Assembly (NCBI GenBank): GCA_965228475.1
Contig: OZ245817.1
Coordinates: 928,001-992,000, forward strand
Direction: 5' to 3'
DNA length: 64,000 nt
DNA from: Myxococcota bacterium
GTDB lineage: Bacteria; Myxococcota_A; UBA9160; JAFDDA01
The notes below the pieces were generated by a model that saw nothing but the letters and a program-made list of their open reading frames with translations, had not been told where the DNA came from and ran no database searches. Shown here piece after piece: positions 54,547-63,615 of the stretch. Numbering within the stretch: the first letter of the stretch is position 1; the number at the start of each line of letters is the position of its first letter. A program made the translations under genes and the position numbers.

Positions 54547-55127
54547 TCGGAAAGACCTGCTGTGTGCGGGCCCTGCTCGCGGCCTTCGTCGCCTTGGCCG
54601 CGCTCTCGCCGGCCCGCGCCGCGGAGGTGAAAGGGCAGGTCTTCGAAGAGCGCGCGTCGGTCGACGGGACGAGTCTCGAGCTCTGCGCCGTGAGCCTGCT
54701 GCGCTGGAAGTGGGTGCTCGACGTCTACGTGATGGGCCTCTACCTCGAGAGCTGCGACGACCTTCCCAAGAAGCCCCAGGGCGAGACCGCGCGGCGTCTC
54801 GAGATCGCCTACCTCCGCGGCTTCAGCGGGCCGCAGTTCGCGGACGCGGCGGATCAGGTCCTCGAGCGAACCTTCGACGCAAAGACCCTGGAGCCGCTGC
54901 GCGAGCGGATCGCGAAGCTGCACGCGGCCTACCAGGCCGTCGAGAAGGGCGACCGCTACGCGCTGACCTTCACGCCCGGGCGCGGCACGGAGCTCGCGAA
55001 GAACGGGAAGGCGCTGGCGGCCGTGCCCGGGGCCGACTTCGCCGACGTCTACTTCGACATCTGGCTCGGCGACGATCCCGCCGACGGCGGGCTCCGCGAC
55101 CGGCTGCTTCGGGGCGAGAGGAAGTAG
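54543..55127 (+). CDS. Chalcone isomerase-like family exported protein
   Basis: Signal peptide; DVYVMGLYL, V.KGDRY.L.F.PG.GT, IWLGDDP. Confidence 0.8.
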   Translation: MIGKTCCVRALLAAFVALAALSPARAAEVKGQVFEERASVDGTSLELCAVSLLRWKWVLDVYVMGLYLESCDDLPKKPQGETARRLEIAYLRGFSGPQFADAADQVLERTFDAKTLEPLRERIAKLHAAYQAVEKGDRYALTFTPGRGTELAKNGKALAAVPGADFADVYFDIWLGDDPADGGLRDRLLRGERK

Positions 55128-55219
55128 CTCCCAGCGACGGCGCTCTCCCTGCGGCGCCGAGTTCGGCCCCAACGGGGCTTCCGCGCGGTGTAGGATGACG
55201 GCCCCGAACTGGAGGTCCG

Positions 55220-56422
55220 ATGCTGCCCGTTGCGCCGCTTGCCCGTCTCGTCTTCTCGACCGCGCTCCTGCTCTTCCTCGCCGCCCCCGCGCAGGCCGAT
55301 TTCCCCGGCGGCATCGGCGGGCCGCTCCTCGACCCGGAGGCGCCCGGTCCCTTCGACGTCGGCCACATGACCCTCTCCGAGACGGACGAGTCCCGCGGAC
55401 GCACCTTCCAGGTCGAGGTCTGGTATCCGGTCGACCCCGAGGACGCCGCCGGCGCCCCGGTCGCCGCCTACGATCTGCTCTTCGCGGACCTGCCCTCGGA
55501 GTTCGCCGTGAGCGGCGTCGCCCCCTCCGACTTCGGACCCTTCTCGTTGATCGCGTTCTCCCACGGGAACAACGGCATCCGCTTCCAGTCCTTCTTCCTG
55601 GCCGAGCAGCTCGCGAGCCACGGCTTCGTCGTCGCGGCGCCGGACCACGTCGGCAACACCGCCGTCGACGTGCTGATCCCGGGGCCGCCCTTCACGACGA
55701 CGGACCGCCCGCTCGACATCTCCTACACGATCACCCGCATGCTCGAGCGCAGCGCCGACCCGGCGGACCTGCTGTTCGGTGCGATCGACCCGGCGCGCAT
55801 CGGCGTGGCCGGCCACTCCTTCGGCGGCTTCACCGCCCTCGCCATGGCGGCGGGCTTCGCGGAGGTGCCGCCGGACCCGCGCGTGATCGCGATCGCGCCG
55901 ATCTCCCCGGTGTCCACGAGCTTCACCGAAGCCGAGCTCGCCTCGATCGATCTGCCGACGCTGATCCTCGGCGGCACCGAAGACATCACGACGCCGGTCG
56001 TGCCCCAGAGCAGCCGGGCCTTCGAGTTCATCTCCGGCCGTCCGCTCTATCGCGTCGACGTCGAGGGGGCCGGGCACAACTCCTTCACCGACATCTGCGA
56101 TCTCGTCGACGCCCTGGCCGACGTCGGACTCCCGCAGAACATCCTCGACTTCCTGTTCTCGAACGCCGACGAGGGCTGCTCGCCGGATCTCGTCCCCCTC
56201 GACTTCGCCCACCAGGTCTCGAACCGCTACCTCGTGTCCTTCTTCAAGGCCGAGGTCGCCGGGGACCCGCGGTACGGCGACTACCTCGTCCCGGGCGGCC
56301 CGCCGAAGAAGCACAAGGGCGCCCTCCTATGGGTGGCGGCCGATTGCGGCGATGCGGGCCTCGCGGCGTTCGCTTTCGTGGCGTTCCTGGCCTTCCGGAC
56401 GGGCAGGCTCCGAAAGCGCTAG
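55220..56422 (+). CDS. Secreted alpha/beta hydrolase (PAF-AH/dienelactone hydrolase-like) with C-terminal anchor
   Basis: GPFDVG, VWYP, FSHG, LASHGFVVAAPDH, GHSFGG, AGHNSF; ends DCG-hydrophobic-RTGRLRKR. Confidence 0.85.
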   Translation: MLPVAPLARLVFSTALLLFLAAPAQADFPGGIGGPLLDPEAPGPFDVGHMTLSETDESRGRTFQVEVWYPVDPEDAAGAPVAAYDLLFADLPSEFAVSGVAPSDFGPFSLIAFSHGNNGIRFQSFFLAEQLASHGFVVAAPDHVGNTAVDVLIPGPPFTTTDRPLDISYTITRMLERSADPADLLFGAIDPARIGVAGHSFGGFTALAMAAGFAEVPPDPRVIAIAPISPVSTSFTEAELASIDLPTLILGGTEDITTPVVPQSSRAFEFISGRPLYRVDVEGAGHNSFTDICDLVDALADVGLPQNILDFLFSNADEGCSPDLVPLDFAHQVSNRYLVSFFKAEVAGDPRYGDYLVPGGPPKKHKGALLWVAADCGDAGLAAFAFVAFLAFRTGRLRKR

Positions 56423-56466
56423 CCTCCGGGCTCCGGCGCCTCCGCGCCGACGCGGGAGGCCACTGC

Positions 56467-57045
56467 ATGGGACGATGGATCGCCGAACTCTTCCTCCGCC
56501 TGACGGGTTGGGAGAGTGAGGGGCAGGCGCCCGTCGCGAAGAAGATCGTCCTGATCGCGGCTCCCCATACTTCGAACTGGGACCTGGCCTACCTGCTGGC
56601 CCTGCAGTTCCGCTTCGGGCTCTCGCCGCGCTGGATGGGCAAGCACACGCTCTTCCGCGGGCCCATGGGGCCGGTGATGCGGATGCTCGGCGGCATCCCG
56701 ATCCGCCGCCACCTGCGCGAGAACGTCGTCGACCAGATGAAGCGCGCCTTCGACGAGAACGAGACGCTCTGCCTGACGATCCCGCCGGAGGGGACGCGGG
56801 GGCGCACGAAGTTCTGGAAGTCCGGCTTCTACCACATCGCCCACGGCGCGGGCGTTCCGATCGTGTTCGGCTATCTCGACTTCGCACGCAAGCGCGGCGG
56901 CCTCGGCCCCGAGTTCACGACCACCGGCGACATCAAGGCCGACATGGACGTGATCCGCTCCTTCTACCGCGACATCCAGGGCAAGGATCCGCAGAAGTTC
57001 GGACCGGTCCGATTGAAGGAAGAGTCGGAGCAGGAGCCGGCCTAG
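56467..57045 (+). CDS. Lysophospholipid acyltransferase (PlsC family)
   Basis: APHTSNWD (HxxxxD), PEGTR, WKSGFYHIA; SD GGGAGG. Confidence 0.9.
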   Translation: MGRWIAELFLRLTGWESEGQAPVAKKIVLIAAPHTSNWDLAYLLALQFRFGLSPRWMGKHTLFRGPMGPVMRMLGGIPIRRHLRENVVDQMKRAFDENETLCLTIPPEGTRGRTKFWKSGFYHIAHGAGVPIVFGYLDFARKRGGLGPEFTTTGDIKADMDVIRSFYRDIQGKDPQKFGPVRLKEESEQEPA

Positions 57046-57070
57046 GCCACCTCGCTCGCACGTCCGCGCG

Positions 57071-58147
57071 CTAGCGCTTTCCCAGCACGCGCCTGCGAAA
57101 CCTCTGGATCACCGGCAGGCGATCGAGCCAGGCCGACGCGTCCGCGCGGTCCGGGTCGACCGTGCTCGGCGGCCCGGCGAAGCCTTCGGGGATCTGGGTG
57201 TGCAGGTGGTCCCCGTCCATGAAGTGGTACTCGAAACCCGGCACGAAGACGTCCTCGTCGGCCTCGACGTCGATGGTGCGCAGGCCGTAGGTCGTGAGCT
57301 CGGTGGTCGTGGCCTGGGGCGGGATGATCCAGGCGTGGTTCGGCCCGGCCATGAACAGGTACTGGATCTCGCGGTTGCGCGAGAGGATGCGGAAGCGCCG
57401 CAGCCGCCCGCCGTACAGCCGGCTCTTGGCCGAGGACTTCTCGAGCACGCCGCGCCCGAAGTCCGGCTCGTACCCCGGCGCGAAGCGCAGGGAGCTCGGG
57501 TCGCCGGCCCGCGTGAAGCGCGCCACGGAGCGCCCGCCGTTCACCAGGTTGGCCCGCACCGAGCGCGCCCGCTCGCGGGGCGCGACGAAGTCGCGGTAGG
57601 GCTCGATGCGGCCGTCGGGGGCCCGCCGCAGGATCCGCTGGAGCGCTCCGAGATCGATCGGGATCGTCTTCGATCGGCGCAGGACGTCTTCCAACGCGTC
57701 CTGGATCTCGAGCGGCAGGTCCGTCGTCGTTTCCTTGGACGTCGTGATCTCGACGCCGTCCTCGATCTCTTCGACGACTTCGCCCTTGCCGATCCACCAG
57801 TCGCCGCCGAGCCGTGTCAGGTGGGAGGCGCAGCGCCAGACGAGCGAGACGTCCTTGTAGAAGAGCCGCGGCCAGGCGCGCTCGCCCTGCACGACGTAGG
57901 CGACGAAGAAGCGGACGTAGTCGTTCTGGCGGACGTCGGCGACGTAGAAGGTCGTGTCGAAGAGGTCGAAGCGGTGGCGGGGCGCGTAGGGGCCGGAGAG
58001 CAGGCGGCGCGGTGCGCGCCGGGCGGTGCCGGCGGGCAGGATCTCGAGGCCCGCATCCACGCGCCGGCGGAACTCCGCGAGGATGCGCGCCGGCGGACGG
58101 GGATCCGGCCGGGCGGCCGGGACGATGCGCTTCTCGATGGGCGGCAC
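57071..58147 (-). CDS. Hypothetical protein (358 aa)
   Basis: Long GC3-biased ORF rich in W/Y/F/H; start moved to GTG 58147, 6 nt after CATACT. Confidence 0.7.
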   Translation of the reverse strand: MPPIEKRIVPAARPDPRPPARILAEFRRRVDAGLEILPAGTARRAPRRLLSGPYAPRHRFDLFDTTFYVADVRQNDYVRFFVAYVVQGERAWPRLFYKDVSLVWRCASHLTRLGGDWWIGKGEVVEEIEDGVEITTSKETTTDLPLEIQDALEDVLRRSKTIPIDLGALQRILRRAPDGRIEPYRDFVAPRERARSVRANLVNGGRSVARFTRAGDPSSLRFAPGYEPDFGRGVLEKSSAKSRLYGGRLRRFRILSRNREIQYLFMAGPNHAWIIPPQATTTELTTYGLRTIDVEADEDVFVPGFEYHFMDGDHLHTQIPEGFAGPPSTVDPDRADASAWLDRLPVIQRFRRRVLGKR

Positions 58148-58208
58148 CTGCGGAGTATGGCGGCTCCCGGCCGAAAAGGGGCGCTCAGCGGCTCCTGATT
58201 CGTCACTA

Positions 58209-58235
58209 TGAGACAATTCAAAATTAATGTACCAT
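58209..58235. promoter_or_regulatory. AT-rich operator/promoter of the P450-TetR operon
   Basis: TGAGACA-N12-TGTACCA imperfect inverted repeat overlapping -10 TACCAT (58230-58235), 6 nt before ATG 58242. Confidence 0.5.
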
Positions 58236-58241
58236 TCGGCC

Positions 58242-59447
58242 ATGGCGAGACCGACGACCCCGGAGGCCCGCTTCGAGCCCTGCGGCGGCGAGCGCTGGCG
58301 CGACCCCTTCCCGATGTACCGGGCCCTCCGGGACCACGACCCCGTCCACCACGTTCCGGACAACGGCGAGGGGCAGGACTACTGGGTCGTGTCGCGCTTC
58401 CGGGACGTCTTCGAAGCCGTGGTCGATGCGGAGCGCTTCTCGTCCGCCGAGGGGCTCACCTTCTCCTACGGCGAGAAGGAGAAGCTCGGGATCGAGGCGC
58501 CCATCGTGATGATGGACCCGCCCGAGCACACCCACCTCCGCAAGCTCGCGATCAAGAAGCTGACACCGCGCCAGGTCGCCGAGCTCGACCCGATGATCCG
58601 GGAGTTCGTGGTGGAGCGCGTCGAGCGCCTGCGCGAGCAGGGGGAAGCCTGCGTCGTCGAGGGGCTGCTGAAGCCGCTTCCGAGCCGGGTCGTCGCACAC
58701 TTCCTCGGCGTCCCCGTCTCCGACCGCGAGCACTTCGACCGCTGGACGGCGGCGATCGTCTCCGCGAACGCCGCGGGCAACGTGCTCGGCGCCCAGGAAG
58801 CGGTCGGCGAGATGTTCGGCTACTTCGCCGCGCTGATGGAGCGCCGGCGCAGCGAGCCCGGGGACGACATGATCTCCGCGCTCGTGCACGGCAGCCTGCC
58901 TGAGGGAGAGGCCGTTTCGCCCGCCAAGATCCTCGGCTTCGGGTTCACCATGGTGACCGGCGGCAACGACACGGCGACCGGCCTCCTCGGCGGTGCGCTC
59001 GAGCTCCTGACCCGGCATCCCGAGCAGCGCGCGTTCCTTTGCGAGGATCCGGCACGCATCCCGAACGCGGTGGAGGAGTTCCTGCGACTCTCGTCTCCGG
59101 TGCAGGGCCTCGCCCGCATGACGACCGGTGACGTGGAACTCGCGGGGCAGGCGATTCCGAAGGGGAAGAAGGTCCTGCTGCTCTACGCCTCGGCCAACCG
59201 CGACGAGCGGGAGTTCGGCGACGACGCCGAAGCCTGCGACGTCGAGCGACGCATCCGCCGCCACCTTTCCTTCGGCTACGGGCCGCACCACTGCATCGGC
59301 GCCGCCGCGGCGCGCCTGCAGGCGCGCATCGCCCTCGAGGAGCTCCTGGCGCGCTGTCCCGACTTCCACGTCGACGCCGAGGCAGGGCGCTACGCGCCGG
59401 GGCCCTTCGTCCGCCGCTTCGAAACCCTCCCGTTCCGCGCGAAGTGA
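58242..59447 (+). CDS. Cytochrome P450, CYP130-like
   Basis: TMVTGGNDT I-helix, EEFLR...PVQGLAR, LLYASANRDER, FGYGPHHCIG heme motif; LRDHDPVHHV N-terminus as recalled for mycobacterial CYP130. Confidence 0.92.
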   Translation: MARPTTPEARFEPCGGERWRDPFPMYRALRDHDPVHHVPDNGEGQDYWVVSRFRDVFEAVVDAERFSSAEGLTFSYGEKEKLGIEAPIVMMDPPEHTHLRKLAIKKLTPRQVAELDPMIREFVVERVERLREQGEACVVEGLLKPLPSRVVAHFLGVPVSDREHFDRWTAAIVSANAAGNVLGAQEAVGEMFGYFAALMERRRSEPGDDMISALVHGSLPEGEAVSPAKILGFGFTMVTGGNDTATGLLGGALELLTRHPEQRAFLCEDPARIPNAVEEFLRLSSPVQGLARMTTGDVELAGQAIPKGKKVLLLYASANRDEREFGDDAEACDVERRIRRHLSFGYGPHHCIGAAAARLQARIALEELLARCPDFHVDAEAGRYAPGPFVRRFETLPFRAK

Positions 59448-60070
59448 GCCCGGCACGCCGGAAGGGTTCGGCCGCCGCAGCAGCGGAGGAGGCCTGGGGC
59501 CGCCTCGACGAACCGGAGCGGGCGATCGCGCGCATCCTCGACGCGGCCGAACGAGCGATCGCGCGGGAAGGCGTTTCCGCGGTCGGCATGGCCGAGGTCG
59601 CGCGGGAGGCCGGCTGTTCGCGGGCGACGCTCTACCGCTACTTCCCTTCGCGCCACGCGCTCCATCTGGCCTACGTGGACCGGGCGGCCGCCGAGGTCGT
59701 CTCGCGCGTCCGCGAACGCGCCGCGGGTCTCGAAGACCCGCTCGAGCGCACCGTCGAGGCGATCATGGTCTCCGTCGCGGAGGTTCGCGCCAGTCCGGGC
59801 ATGGCCTCGTGGTTCGCCGCCGGGGATGCCGGGTCCGCCGCGCGGATGTCCCGCGCTTCGGAGGTGGTGGCGCGGCTGACCGAGGGCTTCGTCGCGGGGC
59901 TCTTCGACGGCGGGCCGCGGGGGCAGGGCGCCTCCGACCCCGCGAACCGCCTGCGCGCGCGGTTCATGGTCCGCATGATCCTCTCGCTGCTCTCGCAGCC
60001 GGGGGACGACGCCGCCGAAGAGCGGGCGCTCGTCGAGCGCTTCGTGGCGCCGGCGGTGCTCGCCGGCTAG
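59444..60070 (+). CDS. TetR/AcrR family regulator
   Basis: GMAEVAREAGCSRATLYRYFPSR; GTGA-coupled to the P450. Confidence 0.9.
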   Translation: MSPARRKGSAAAAAEEAWGRLDEPERAIARILDAAERAIAREGVSAVGMAEVAREAGCSRATLYRYFPSRHALHLAYVDRAAAEVVSRVRERAAGLEDPLERTVEAIMVSVAEVRASPGMASWFAAGDAGSAARMSRASEVVARLTEGFVAGLFDGGPRGQGASDPANRLRARFMVRMILSLLSQPGDDAAEERALVERFVAPAVLAG

Positions 60071-60088
60071 CGCGGGAAGGCAGCGCTC

Positions 60089-60337
60089 CTAGAGGAAGCG
60101 CTGGGGCATGGCGCACAGGCAGGCGTACACGCCGAAGGCGATGCCGCCGAACAGGCCCGCGCCGGCCGGTGCGTCGGGGAAGAGCGTGTGCGCGACGACG
60201 GGCCCGGCAATCACGAAGGCCACCAGGACGACGTAGGCGAAGCCGTGCTCTCGCAGCTCCCGCACCGTCCACTGGGCCCAGGTGAGCTTGGCGGACTCGA
60301 TCGGGGTGACGTTGCTCTCGGATTCGTTCTCGCCCAC
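60089..60337 (-). CDS. Small 2-TM membrane protein
   Basis: Two hydrophobic segments; SD GGAGGAG upstream. Confidence 0.6.
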   Translation of the reverse strand: MGENESESNVTPIESAKLTWAQWTVRELREHGFAYVVLVAFVIAGPVVAHTLFPDAPAGAGLFGGIAFGVYACLCAMPQRFL

Positions 60338-60375
60338 GGGGGTCTCCTCCGGCGCTCCCGGGAGGATATCGCCGG

Positions 60376-61482
60376 TCAGGAGGCGTCGCTCGTTTCGGCG
60401 GCGTCGCCGTCCTCGGCCGGGCCGGCTTCGCCTCCGTCCTCGGCGCCCGCTGCATCGGCCTCCTCGGGCTCCGCCTCCGCCGAACCCTCGGTCGCCGCCT
60501 CGGCGGCTCCACTTCCGCCGAGGTCGAACCGCGAACGGATCTCGTCGAGGTCGTAGGGTTTCGCGAGAACGGTGTCCGCGCCGTGGCGCAGGGCGAGGGT
60601 GACGCGCCGGCGGGTCGGGTGCCCCGCGACGAGCGCGATGCGCTTCCTGCGCGTGGTCGGGTGGGAGCGCAGGGCCTGGAGGAGCTCGAGGCCCCCGTAC
60701 GCACCCAGCTCCCAGTCGATGAGGATGCCGCGCGCATCCGCCAGTTCATCGAAGCCGGCCACGACGATCTCCGAGGGATCGATCGCCCACACGCCGAGCC
60801 CGAGGTCGTCCTCCATCTCTTCGATGGCGTCGCGCGCTTCCGCGTCGGCATCCACCACGACGAGGGTGGTGCCCTCGCCGTCGTCCTCGTTCGAGCCGGC
60901 GGCGCTGGCACCGCCCGAGATCTCGCCGACCTCGTCGCCGAACCACTCCTCGAGCGTCGCCGCGGGGACCAGCAGGTCGAGGGTGGCGGTGCCGTAGGGG
61001 TCGAGGGTCGCCGTCCAGCGGGCGCGCCGGCAGGGCCCCTTCGGGATCCAGCCCGCGTCGAGGCTCGGGTGCTCGGTGATCGCGAGGTCTCCGGGCGCCA
61101 CGGCGGGCGCGCCGACGGCCTCGCCGGTTCGTCCAAGGATCGCGGCCGTCGTCTTCATGACTTCGCCGATGGCGCCGCGCAGCTCCTCGTCGGGCTCCTG
61201 CTCCCGCCGCTCCTTGATCTGGGCTTCTTCGAGGGCGAGCAGGAGGCCGGCGAAGGTCGCCGCGTCCGGCCGCGGAACGGCCAGCCAGAACCCCTGGCCG
61301 TCCGCGCCCTCGGGCGTACACGGGATGGAGACGAGCGGCGTCTCCTCGCCGGTCTTCTGAGGGTCGATGGCCTCGACGTCCGGTCCGCGCAGCCGCAGAT
61401 CCACGCCGAGCAGCGCCGCCACGTCGTTCTGGAAGGAACGCGCGAACTCGACGCAGAGCTTCTGGTAGTCGGCTTTGGCCAT
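60376..61482 (-). CDS. CheC/FliY-like domain fused to a response-regulator receiver domain, acidic tail
   Basis: N-terminal A..FAGLLL...AIGEVM (CheC/CheX-like); VVVD, ILIDWEL..YGGLELL..LR, GADTVLAKPY. Confidence 0.7.
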   Translation of the reverse strand: MAKADYQKLCVEFARSFQNDVAALLGVDLRLRGPDVEAIDPQKTGEETPLVSIPCTPEGADGQGFWLAVPRPDAATFAGLLLALEEAQIKERREQEPDEELRGAIGEVMKTTAAILGRTGEAVGAPAVAPGDLAITEHPSLDAGWIPKGPCRRARWTATLDPYGTATLDLLVPAATLEEWFGDEVGEISGGASAAGSNEDDGEGTTLVVVDADAEARDAIEEMEDDLGLGVWAIDPSEIVVAGFDELADARGILIDWELGAYGGLELLQALRSHPTTRRKRIALVAGHPTRRRVTLALRHGADTVLAKPYDLDEIRSRFDLGGSGAAEAATEGSAEAEPEEADAAGAEDGGEAGPAEDGDAAETSDAS

Positions 61483-61658
61483 GGTGCTACGCGGGGCGCA
61501 ACTCGGGTGCCCCAGGAATGGGTCGGCTGGTCGAGAACGGGGCATCCCGGGTTTTTCTTCGGGATCTCTCCACGCATGCGCGCGTCGACGCTTGTTGCCG
61601 GTCCCCTGCGCTCGCGTTGCCGCCCGGCGAAACGCGGCTGCCGCTCGGCACCGTCGGG

Positions 61659-62672
61659 CTAGGCCGATCCGAGCGCGTCGACGATGTCCGCGTAGAGCGC
61701 CTCGTCCGGAGCGAAGGGCGCGACGAGCGCGAGGCGATCGACGAGGCCTGCGTAGCGGTCGCGCAGGCGCGCCGCGATCTCGCGGCGGGGGCCGACCACG
61801 GCGATGGCCTCGAGCAGGTCGTCGTCGATGCGGCCGGCCATCTCGAGCCACTTGCCTTCCTTCGAGAGCCGGCGGAGCTCCGTCTGGAGCTCGCCCCGGC
61901 CGAGCTGGTCGAGGACCGGGCGGTAGGCCGGCGTCGATCCGTAGAAGGAGATCTGCGCGCGGGCGCCGTCTCGGGCGCGTTCGATCTCTTCGTCGGTCTC
62001 GCCCGTCGCGAGGATCACCTGCCCGGCGATCTCGATCGCCTCTCGTGCGCGCCCGCCCCGGGCCGCGCCGCGCTCGAGCGCGGGGAGCGTCTGCTCGCGC
62101 AGGAACTCCGTCGTGTGGAAGGGATGCACGAAGAAGCCGTCCGCGACCTCGCCCGCCACCTCCGTCATGCGCGGCCCGACGCCCGCGCAGAAGATGCGCG
62201 GCAGTCCGAAGGGGTTCGGCCCGGGGTCGAACACCGGCGTCATCAGGGTGTGTTCGTAGAACTCGCCACGGAACGCCAGCGGTGTCCCATTCTGCCAGCG
62301 GTCCCAGATGGCGCGGACCGCCAGGATCATCTCGCGCATGCGCGCGGCCGGGCGCGACCACGTCATGCTGTAGCGCCGCTCGACGTGGGGCCGGATCTGG
62401 GTTCCCAGGCCGAGGATGAAGCGGCCTCGGGAGAGCAGCTGAAGGTCGTAGGCCGTGTTCGCGAGGGTCATCGGGTTGCGGGCGAAGGCGACGGCGATGG
62501 CGGTCATCAGCTCGAGCCGCTCGGTCTGCTGCGCGGCGACGGCGACGGGCAGGAACGGATCGTGGCGGCCCTCGAAGGTGAAGGCGCCCCCGTAACCGGC
62601 GGCTTCGAGCCTCGCGGCCAGGGGGCCCGCCTCGGCCGGGTCGTCGACCAGCATGGCTCCGTCGATCTTCAT
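61659..62672 (-). CDS. LLM class, probably F420-dependent oxidoreductase (TIGR03617-like)
   Basis: EGRHDPFL, IAVAFARNP, LGLGTQIRPHVERR, HTLMTP.F.PG, QISFYGSTPAY. Confidence 0.88.
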   Translation of the reverse strand: MKIDGAMLVDDPAEAGPLAARLEAAGYGGAFTFEGRHDPFLPVAVAAQQTERLELMTAIAVAFARNPMTLANTAYDLQLLSRGRFILGLGTQIRPHVERRYSMTWSRPAARMREMILAVRAIWDRWQNGTPLAFRGEFYEHTLMTPVFDPGPNPFGLPRIFCAGVGPRMTEVAGEVADGFFVHPFHTTEFLREQTLPALERGAARGGRAREAIEIAGQVILATGETDEEIERARDGARAQISFYGSTPAYRPVLDQLGRGELQTELRRLSKEGKWLEMAGRIDDDLLEAIAVVGPRREIAARLRDRYAGLVDRLALVAPFAPDEALYADIVDALGSA

Positions 62673-62721
62673 CGCTTCTCCTCGCGCCGGTCGGCACGCA
62701 ACGTCGGTATGATCAACCCGC

Positions 62722-63549
62722 ATGTTCGAAGACATCCGCTTCGAAGTCGAGTCGGGCGTGGCCACGGTCACGCTCGACCGTCCCGGCCAGCGCAACGCCT
62801 TCAGTGGCCGCATGGGGGAGGAACTCGGCGAGGCCTTCACGCGCTGCGACGCGGACGACGCGATTCGCGCCGTCGTCCTGACCGGCGCCGGTGACGCCTT
62901 CTGCGTCGGCGCCGACATGAGTGCGGGGGCCGAGACCTTCGCGAAGCAGGACGCGAGCGGCTTCAGCGCTACGCCCGTCGCGCCCGCGCCGTGGGACGTG
63001 CGCAAGCCCGTCATCGCGGCCCTGAACGGCCACGCCGTCGGACTCGGCCTGACCCTCGCCCTGCAGTGCGACGTCCGCATCGTCGCCGACGAAGGCAAGT
63101 ACGGCGTTCTCCAGGTGCGCCGCGGGGTCATGCCCGACGCCTGCGCGCACTTCACCCTGCCGCGCATCGTCGGCTTCGAGCGAGCGGCCTGGCTGCTGCT
63201 CACCGGCACGAAGGTCGGCGGCGCCGAGGCGGCCGCGCTCGGCCTGGCCCTGCGTTCGCTGCCGGCGGGGGAGGTGCTCGCCGCGGCGCTCGAGATGGCC
63301 CGGGACGTCGCCGCGAACACCGCTCCCCTCTCGGTCGCCGTGACCAAACGCCTGTTGTGGCAGAGCCCCGGCCTGAGCCGTGCGGAGGTGGAGCGCTTCG
63401 AGACGGAGCTTCACCACCACCTGATGGGTGGCCCCGACGCGCTCGAGGGTGGGAAGGCCTACTTCGAGCGAAGGCCGCCGGAGTTCACCGGTTCGCCCAC
63501 GAAAGACTGGCCGGTCTGGCCCAAGCCGGATCGCGGGCGGCATGGTTGA
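62722..63549 (+). CDS. Enoyl-CoA hydratase/isomerase family protein
   Basis: TLDRP..RNA, LTGAGDAFCVGAD, KPVIAALNGHAVGLG, CDVR. Confidence 0.92.
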   Translation: MFEDIRFEVESGVATVTLDRPGQRNAFSGRMGEELGEAFTRCDADDAIRAVVLTGAGDAFCVGADMSAGAETFAKQDASGFSATPVAPAPWDVRKPVIAALNGHAVGLGLTLALQCDVRIVADEGKYGVLQVRRGVMPDACAHFTLPRIVGFERAAWLLLTGTKVGGAEAAALGLALRSLPAGEVLAAALEMARDVAANTAPLSVAVTKRLLWQSPGLSRAEVERFETELHHHLMGGPDALEGGKAYFERRPPEFTGSPTKDWPVWPKPDRGRHG

Positions 63550-63615
63550 CCGTCGACGTGGCGGAAGCGTATGTAGGGCAGTCGGAGTCATCGTGAACCT
63601 CGAGCCGGAGTCCGC

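Noticed and set aside
51921..55127. Apparent 1068-aa ORF (similarly 30569-33436, 33324-35915, 55195-57045, 60376-62697)
   Set aside because: Only the C-terminal part is a real gene; the upstream extensions overlap other genes in a different frame
58148..58363. N-terminal extension of the minus-strand hypothetical protein
   Set aside because: Runs through the AT-rich promoter and into the P450 gene; GTG 58147 with a -10 box fits better
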